Below, one piece after another: positions 58,487 through 64,000 of a stretch of 64,000 nt of DNA. Position 1 is the first letter of the stretch. The number at the start of each line of letters is the position of its first letter. The notes under the pieces are model-generated. The model was not told the DNA's origin and ran no database searches. It saw only the letters and a list, made by a program, of their open reading frames with translations. The stretch lies in sequence record PZ386967.1. One strand, given 5' to 3'. The position numbers were made by a program, and so were the translations under genes. Source of the DNA: a phage.

Positions 58487-58581
58487 AATATTTATTGAAT
58501 AAAGTTTACTTCTTCAATAACTGGCGTATACTTCTAATTGTAGTACGAACAAACAACAATCTGAAGAGAAGGAAATACATC

Positions 58582-59139
58582 ATGGCAATCGAAATTATCG
58601 CTCAATCCAAATCTGGTAAAACTGTAATGTACGGCACTGAAGAAGGCCGCGCAATCACCACTCTGGGCACAATTGACGGTTCCAACCCAGTGAAAGGCGG
58701 TCGCTACCTGGTTGAATACGGTTCACACCTGCTGATGGTAAGCAAAGTCGATGGTCGTGAAATCATGATTCCCCGCAAAGAGTACTTCGACTCGCGCATT
58801 GAAGCCATGAACTTCTTCCTTTTCCAGGAACGTCACGAACTGTTCGTTGAAGCGAAAGACGCAGGCCTGGACGATGCGACTGCCGAACTGATCGCTGAAG
58901 GTAAAATGACTCTTGAGGCTGCTCTGGGTGACATGGATTGCGATGCTGAAGCCCATTACATCGAATATTCCGCTTATCAGAATGAATGCGAAGACGATCC
59001 TGAAGATGACGGCTTCGACCCTGACCTTCACGGTGGCGAGGATGACAACACTCCTTCCCTGGAAGTGATCATGGCAGGCGGTCAGGCCGCTTGGGAGTGG
59101 CAGAACGAAAAGAACGCCTGGCTGGATTCCCACCTTTAA
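58582..59139 (+). CDS. hypothetical acidic protein
   Basis: ORF track 58495..59139; ATG at 58582 follows AGAAGGAAATACATC; highly acidic C-terminus. Confidence 0.45.
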   Translation: MAIEIIAQSKSGKTVMYGTEEGRAITTLGTIDGSNPVKGGRYLVEYGSHLLMVSKVDGREIMIPRKEYFDSRIEAMNFFLFQERHELFVEAKDAGLDDATAELIAEGKMTLEAALGDMDCDAEAHYIEYSAYQNECEDDPEDDGFDPDLHGGEDDNTPSLEVIMAGGQAAWEWQNEKNAWLDSHL

Positions 59140-59156
59140 TGTGAAGAAATAAAGAA

Positions 59157-59182
59157 AGGGGCTTAACGCCCCTTTTCTTATT
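59157..59182. terminator. bidirectional terminator between convergent genes
   Basis: AGGGGC-TTAA-GCCCCT with T-runs on both strands. Confidence 0.6.
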
Positions 59183-59636
59183 CTTCCCAGAAGTCTTCGT
59201 CGTCCCCGACAGCAGCCAGTTCCGTGTCCAGTTCTTCATCGGTAAACGGTGGCAGCACCCCGTTCTGAATCAGATAATCCATCTCATCATCTTCCAGCTG
59301 CAGGTCGGTGGCAATATACAGCGCTCCGCTGCCCTCTTCGTCCGTCTCGATACTGTACGAAGTGTATGGCACCCCATTCACTGTAATGATGATAGACGTT
59401 GGATCCTTGGGATCTACGTGCGCCTCGAACGGCACACCATCAATCGGTGCATCTTCTAGGAAGGTAGCAAGTGCTACGGCGGCGCGGACAACATCAGTGC
59501 CTTCAACGCCCGCATAGATCTCTTCCGCGCCTGTCTCTTCACGATCAAACAGCTCAATCGTGATACCGTCTTGAACACCAGTCCATACAGGGATGTCATT
59601 GGTGTATTCTGATTCAAACAATTTGGAGGTTGGCAT
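59178..59636 (-). CDS. hypothetical acidic protein
   Basis: 152-aa ORF, Asp/Glu-rich. Confidence 0.4.
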   Translation of the reverse strand: MPTSKLFESEYTNDIPVWTGVQDGITIELFDREETGAEEIYAGVEGTDVVRAAVALATFLEDAPIDGVPFEAHVDPKDPTSIIITVNGVPYTSYSIETDEEGSGALYIATDLQLEDDEMDYLIQNGVLPPFTDEELDTELAAVGDDEDFWEE

Positions 59637-59780
59637 GTTGGGTTCCTCAGTGGGTTAGCCATATGGGGTATTTAGGCTTCCCGCTTGGCGAGGTCTGGTT
59701 TGTACAGGACGCCTCTCGGAAATATTGGAGGAAGGTTTTCATAGATACCCCACACGGATTGTATGGGGTATTCAGGAGGG

Positions 59781-60974
59781 TCAGGAAGGGGTGAATTCGT
59801 TTACAGGAACTGTTTCAGGGATAGCCAGCTCAGGGCATGCTGCCTTCATCGGCTCGATGTATGGCTTGCTACCCACAATCCAGAACAGAGTGTTCTCATT
59901 GAGCAACTCGGGCTTGTGTTGCTGAACCCAGGTCATGACCTTGCCTTCATAGCGAGGATGCAACTCAATATCACCCCACTGATATTCCATCAGGTCATTA
60001 TAACGAACCCAATTAGTGGTATGAAGATCCCAATGGTGTACCTCAAAGCGAGGAAGCACGACCTCTGGCTCTTCCTTCTGCCTGATACCACTTAGGAGGC
60101 CAGCCAGCGAAACGCTCTTAGAGGCATGCTGAAGCTCCTTCTTGCCGTGTACATAGTCTGGGTTGTCGTGATAGCGACGGGTAAAGTCGACAATGTGCGG
60201 TAGATTGGCATGTTTGCCGATGATGCGCAGACGACTCTCGATAAAGTCCAGGCGGTTCGGACCGATGCCAATCAGATACACACGCTTCAGATTAGGCTTC
60301 GGATGCATTGCCAGCCCGGTCAGGATGCTTGTGCAAGAGTTGCACGATCCGGCTGGGATGATCAGGTCAGTAATGTGATCAGGAATGTTGGCAACCTGCT
60401 CGCCACCCAACATATGGAACCCAGCAATGCGCTCAGGGGAGTGGGCTGTATGGTCGAGGGTGATACCATACTCCAGATAATACGCCTTTGGATTCTGTTG
60501 TTCGATCAACTTCTTACAGCGCGGCTGGATGGTGCTGTTGTAACCCGAGCCGACGAAGTTGAACTCACTACCAAACCAGGCTGACATTGCCACCATTTCA
60601 TGGTTCATACAGGTGGTGGGTTTGGTCGCGCCGAGCACAGTAGTTGTCTTGCCGCCGAAGTGCCGAGAGACTGCCGTCGCCATAGGGGACTGCGGACTAC
60701 CAACGACAGTACCATGGATGATGTCAGGGGAGCCTCCGGTCATGAGGTGCTCAACCATCAACCAGATGGCCTGGCGGAGTTTGCTGCCGTTGATGCCCTG
60801 CTGGCCATTTGCATAATTGGACAGCGGCGCAAAATAATCTTCACGCTTGAACCAGACCTGCTGGTTGGTTTCGGGGTTGACGACAAGTTCGCACGGGGTG
60901 TGCTTGTAGAGATAATCTTCCCAATGGACCAGGTTGCGGTCGAGGGAAAGGATATCGAAGATGGTCTTGTTCAT
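59781..60974 (-). CDS. possible PLP-dependent (fold-type II-like) enzyme; low-confidence
   Basis: ORF track start 60995; ATG at 60974 has AGGAGAAAA SD. NGSKLRQA resembles the S-x-K-x-R lysine motif of Trp-synthase-beta-like enzymes, but the match is weak. Confidence 0.3.
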   Translation of the reverse strand: MNKTIFDILSLDRNLVHWEDYLYKHTPCELVVNPETNQQVWFKREDYFAPLSNYANGQQGINGSKLRQAIWLMVEHLMTGGSPDIIHGTVVGSPQSPMATAVSRHFGGKTTTVLGATKPTTCMNHEMVAMSAWFGSEFNFVGSGYNSTIQPRCKKLIEQQNPKAYYLEYGITLDHTAHSPERIAGFHMLGGEQVANIPDHITDLIIPAGSCNSCTSILTGLAMHPKPNLKRVYLIGIGPNRLDFIESRLRIIGKHANLPHIVDFTRRYHDNPDYVHGKKELQHASKSVSLAGLLSGIRQKEEPEVVLPRFEVHHWDLHTTNWVRYNDLMEYQWGDIELHPRYEGKVMTWVQQHKPELLNENTLFWIVGSKPYIEPMKAACPELAIPETVPVNEFTPS

Positions 60975-61044
60975 TCTATTTTCTCCTGTAGACATTGGCT
61001 TATCATAGTGTATCTACAGGAGTATAGAAAAGGAGAATCTCGGA

Positions 61045-61689
61045 TTACTTCTTGAACAGACGAAGGAACTTCATCATGTTATCCATGAAAGTTGGCTTCT
61101 TGGCCTTTTGTTTTACTGGAGCACCCTGATCATTCAGAACACGACTGGCCGGAGGAGTTGGATTCAAAGATTTAATTGCCTGATTCAAATCGGAATTATC
61201 CACGACACCCACTTCTTCACCGACCGTAACGCATGGTTTGATTAGAACGGATTTCTTAGACTGCTCATACTGATGAGCGATATCCAGATATTTCTTGCGC
61301 TCTGCGTAGAAATCAACAGACTTGACCTTGCGACGACGCCAATTGGCGCTTTCTTCGCCATAGAAATCATATCCGTTTCTGATCAGCCAGTGTACGGCTT
61401 GTTCAAAAGAACCGAAGACCATAAGTGGAGCACCCTGGCCTTTCTCAGATTGTTCCAGGCTACCATAACCCATCAATACAACCTGGCCTTTGATACTCAA
61501 ATCAAACGTCATACCAAGGTTCGGGATGTTTTTATCGCGGCGGAAGAACCCGCCATCACGGTAGACGTAAACAGGCGACAGGAACTCATTCAGAGTACGC
61601 TTGACACCCTTGTATCGGAAGAGTCTGACAATTGGAGGGGTGTCACGGGAAATCACTTCGTTCAATTCCCAGATAGAAACATTACGCAT
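61045..61689 (-). CDS. hypothetical protein
   Basis: 214-aa ORF; last protein gene before the tRNA region. Confidence 0.4.
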   Translation of the reverse strand: MRNVSIWELNEVISRDTPPIVRLFRYKGVKRTLNEFLSPVYVYRDGGFFRRDKNIPNLGMTFDLSIKGQVVLMGYGSLEQSEKGQGAPLMVFGSFEQAVHWLIRNGYDFYGEESANWRRRKVKSVDFYAERKKYLDIAHQYEQSKKSVLIKPCVTVGEEVGVVDNSDLNQAIKSLNPTPPASRVLNDQGAPVKQKAKKPTFMDNMMKFLRLFKK

Positions 61690-61805
61690 CGGTGTATCCT
61701 CAAATCTATGACAGGGGGTTAACGGTTAAATTTTAAACCCCCTTTGTATCATTGAACAAACTATGATAAAGGAGGACATGCTTGGGTCGATAAGAAGATA
61801 ATAAG

Positions 61806-61842
61806 ACAGGGATAAAAAGAAAGCCGGATAGGATATCCGGCT
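61806..61842 (-). terminator. rho-independent terminator closing the minus-strand tRNA cluster
   Basis: AGCCGGATA-GGA-TATCCGGCT followed on minus strand by TTCTTTTTATCC. Confidence 0.55.
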
Positions 61843-62058
61843 ATACCACATCGATGGGTTGGGTTGAAAGACTACACGCTTACACTGGTACTACCCTATG
61901 GGAGAGCGCGTCAGGAGTCGAACCTGAAGTCGTCGACGTAGAGAAAGCTATTTGCATTTCACTATCCTCGCCGCGATTTTCTTAACTTCCTAAACACCCC
62001 GATTACGAGAGAGTCGACATGCACATCTTCTAACTCTTCAGGAAGTCACGCCCGTAAT

Positions 62059-62147
62059 TTGGCGGAAGGTGAAGGATTCGAACCTTCGGGGGCTAAAAGC
62101 CCCACTCGATTAGCAGTCGAGTCCCTTAAACCTCTCGGGCAACCTTC
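62059..62147 (-). tRNA. tRNA-Ser (anticodon GCU), class II with long variable arm
   Basis: Hand-folded: acceptor GGAAGGT/ACCTTCC, anticodon stem CTCGA/TCGAG with loop CTGCTAA, variable hairpin GGGGC-TTTTA-GCCCC, T-arm GAAGG-TTCGAAT-CCTTC, discriminator G, encoded CCA. Confidence 0.8.
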
Positions 62148-62368
62148 CAATTTGGACGGGCTTCACACCCGATTGAGCATTTGATCTGCTGTAGCCCAAC
62201 TCCCCGCGCTTCTCAGCGCCGATTGGTTAACTGGCGACCAGTGCCTTCTGGTTCGATCTCCTGGAACTTTACAGGCTTTGCGCCCGACCATTTCTGGAAG
62301 TTGGGGCATCGTTTCCGATGTGGAGTCACCCCATTTTATACACAGCTGGCTGCAACGCTTACTGTGTT

Positions 62369-62452
62369 TGGTGTGAGTGGATGGATTCGAACCACCGCGC
62401 TGTTACGGGGAGATTTACAGTCTCCTGCATTCGACCGCTCTGCCACACTCAC
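62369..62452 (-). tRNA. tRNA-Tyr (anticodon GUA)
   Basis: Acceptor GTGAGTG/CACTCAC, anticodon stem GGAGA/TCTCC loop CTGTAAA, long variable arm, T-loop TTCGAAT, discriminator A, CCA. Confidence 0.75.
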
Positions 62453-62709
62453 ATTTGGTCTGCCGCTGCGTGCTGGGCCACGCTCGAGGACATCGGCCAT
62501 CCTTCCTCAGCTAATCCACGCAGCGGTAGATTTGTATCAGAGTGTCCGGTGTAGCAACCCGTGAGGTGCGCACTACTGTAGCCTCTACACTCTGAATTTG
62601 GTGGGCGTTACTATCGTCGTCTTCGGATTCCGTTCGGCTATTGGACAGAGGCTTGGAGCTTGTCGGTCGCGTACTTTATGCCTATTCACTTTCGTTCACA
62701 CCCATTGTC

Positions 62710-62785
62710 TGGCGACGATGGCAGGACTTGAACCTGCGACATACGGTTTAACAGACCGCCGTTCTACCGACTGAACTACATCGTC
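62710..62785 (-). tRNA. tRNA-Asn (anticodon GUU)
   Basis: Acceptor GACGATG/CATCGTC, D-arm GTTC-AGTCGGTA-GAAC, anticodon loop CTGTTAA, T-arm GCAGG-TTCAAGT-CCTGC, discriminator G, CCA. Confidence 0.85.
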
Positions 62786-62794
62786 TTGCAAATC

Positions 62795-62819
62795 ACTATA
62801 CCATATAAAGTTTATTGAA
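62795..62819 (-). promoter_or_regulatory. TTCAAT-box / TATAGT promoter positioned to start transcription just upstream of tRNA-Asn
   Basis: Minus TTCAAT 62819-62814, 13-nt spacer, TATAGT 62800-62795, 9 nt before the mature tRNA 5' end. Confidence 0.45.
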
Positions 62820-62956
62820 CAAACATTTATTTTACAACAAACTGTATTGGCGGGGTCTGAGGCTTTTCACCTCACCTGCTGGGTTTGGCCGCCCAGCCGT
62901 TCTCTATGAGGATTCACTGTCCGGACAGCTATCCATTAAACTATCGCCCCTCAATA

Positions 62957-63033
62957 TGGTGATCCTGATTGGGTTTGAACCAATGACCAATGAATTATGA
63001 GTTCACTGCTCTAACCGACTGAGCTACAGGACC
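62957..63033 (-). tRNA. tRNA with CAU anticodon (elongator Met or Ile2-lysidine type)
   Basis: Acceptor GGTCCTG/CAGGATC (one G-U), D-arm GCTC-AGTCGGTTA-GAGC, anticodon loop CTCATAA, T-arm ATTGG-TTCAAAC-CCAAT, discriminator A, CCA; no initiator-specific features. Confidence 0.75.
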
Positions 63034-64000
63034 AAATTATTGTGTGACCAACCAAGGACTGTCAACCCTTTATCCCGTTTGTGCATGATCAGTTCATACA
63101 GGCCTCTTTGTGCTGCCTCACGGCATGCGCTTCTGTTGGTCATTGGCTTACACTGTGGCCTCACAACAGGCGTTTATTTTTCCAGGGCTTTCCACTTACA
63201 AGTCTTAACCAGACCGGGATACGGGCTTGTAAGATCGGGTTGGACACAACTTTGAGGACACTGACGACGTATACGAGTCACCCATAACAGATATTCGGAT
63301 GCCAGTGTCCTCAAAGTTGCAACCAATGTCGCAACTCGCAGCTTCCATACAGAAGCAACTTGTCCTCTAACGCTCGGACCAAACGAGGCTGGCTGGTTGA
63401 TTCAGAGCCGCTGGTTGCTCCAGCAAGCATGGGTTGATAGCCCGGCAACATAGAATCACCCAAAGATGAAGAACATTCATGACTCACATCACACCACGAA
63501 TGGCCTGAAAGAGAATCGAACTCTTTAAATGCTCTTCATTTTGTGAACTTGAGAATACTACGCCTGTCTCGGGTTTCCCCTTAGTTCGGCCTCCCAGTCC
63601 TCGCCGCGCCGGGTAGCTAACCCTGATGGCTCGTCTGCTACTGAGTTCTTCTTGGTGCCCACCAGTGTCCGGAATGTGTAGACATCGCAATCTGCAAGGC
63701 ATGGTCTATTTCACCCAATGCTCTCTCAAGTTCACAAATCGAAGTGCCCTGACTCAACAGTATGGCCCAATATGCTGTTATCGTCCACCGGATTGGCCGC
63801 CCAATTTGTAGATCAACCTTTGGGTTTAAGATAAATTGTCAAGGCACTTCGATTTGTGTGCCCTTCACCTGCCAGGGATCAGGGCTGATGGCAAGACTTC
63901 GCTCACATCTTTCAAGATACTCGTGAGAATATCCTCAAAGATGTGGAGCCGTTTTAGGGAGTCGAACCCAAATGCTCGGCCAGCGCTGACCTTACATCCC

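Noticed and set aside
61895-61990. Possible additional tRNA (T-loop-like GGTTCGACTCC)
   Set aside because: Could not find complementary acceptor strands or a D/anticodon arm by hand; kept as a structured-RNA observation rather than a tRNA call.
62181-62564. Plus-strand ORFs 62181..62564, 62318..62554, 62815..63000, 63040..63287
   Set aside because: Overlap hand-folded minus-strand tRNAs or sit in the ORF-poor RNA region; TTG starts, no SD; treated as spurious.
63912-64000. Possible partial tRNA at window edge (GGGTTCGACTCCC followed by CCA-like end)
   Set aside because: The putative anticodon arm does not pair in any register tried; too close to the window edge to resolve.
1-64000. CRISPR arrays, integrase/transposase, temperate-lifestyle or plasmid markers
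   Set aside because: No direct-repeat/spacer arrays and no recombinase, transposase or repressor-operator cassette were recognised; the content is consistent with a virulent phage.

Overview
This 64-kb window reads as a contiguous piece of a virulent T4-superfamily myovirus genome (dense, short intergenic spacers, no integrase or transposase seen; GC looks mid-range, not computed). All homology calls are from motif reading of the supplied translations, not database searches. Recognisable T4-type core genes are ssDNA-binding protein gp32, UvsX recombinase, gp41 helicase, DNA ligase, family-B DNA polymerase gp43 with all exo and pol motifs, topoisomerase II subunits gp39-like and gp52-like, rIIA/rIIB-like proteins, a DexA-like exonuclease, dCMP deaminase, a dNMP kinase and a gp56-like dNTP pyrophosphatase. 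Structural genes include the N-terminus of a gp5-like baseplate spike (partial at the window start), two tail-tube-family proteins, a tape-measure-like protein and an Ig-domain decoration protein. The 3' end (about 61.8-64.0 kb) is ORF-poor and carries a minus-strand tRNA cluster (Ser-GCU, Tyr-GUA, Asn-GUU, Met/Ile2-CAU) interspersed with structured non-tRNA segments. The most interesting system-level signal is a two-part pyrimidine/thymidine DNA-modification toolkit: a thymidylate-synthase-like hydroxymethylase with a Pnk-like kinase, dNMP kinase and pyrophosphatase at 9.4-12.3 kb, a remote dCMP deaminase, and a second group of candidate enzymes flanking the polymerase (411-aa unknown, P-loop NTPase, HAD phosphatase, possible PLP-type enzyme). 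Comparable pathways are described in ViI-like phages, so this may be a variant rather than new. Other notable points are a recurrent promoter architecture (TTCAAT box about 14 nt upstream of TATAAT, often inside a GC hairpin), T4-style TATAAATA late promoters, an apparent frameshift in the topoisomerase large-subunit gene at a C4 run, a macro-domain/HTH/DexA block, a PspA-like gene and a LemA-family gene pair.
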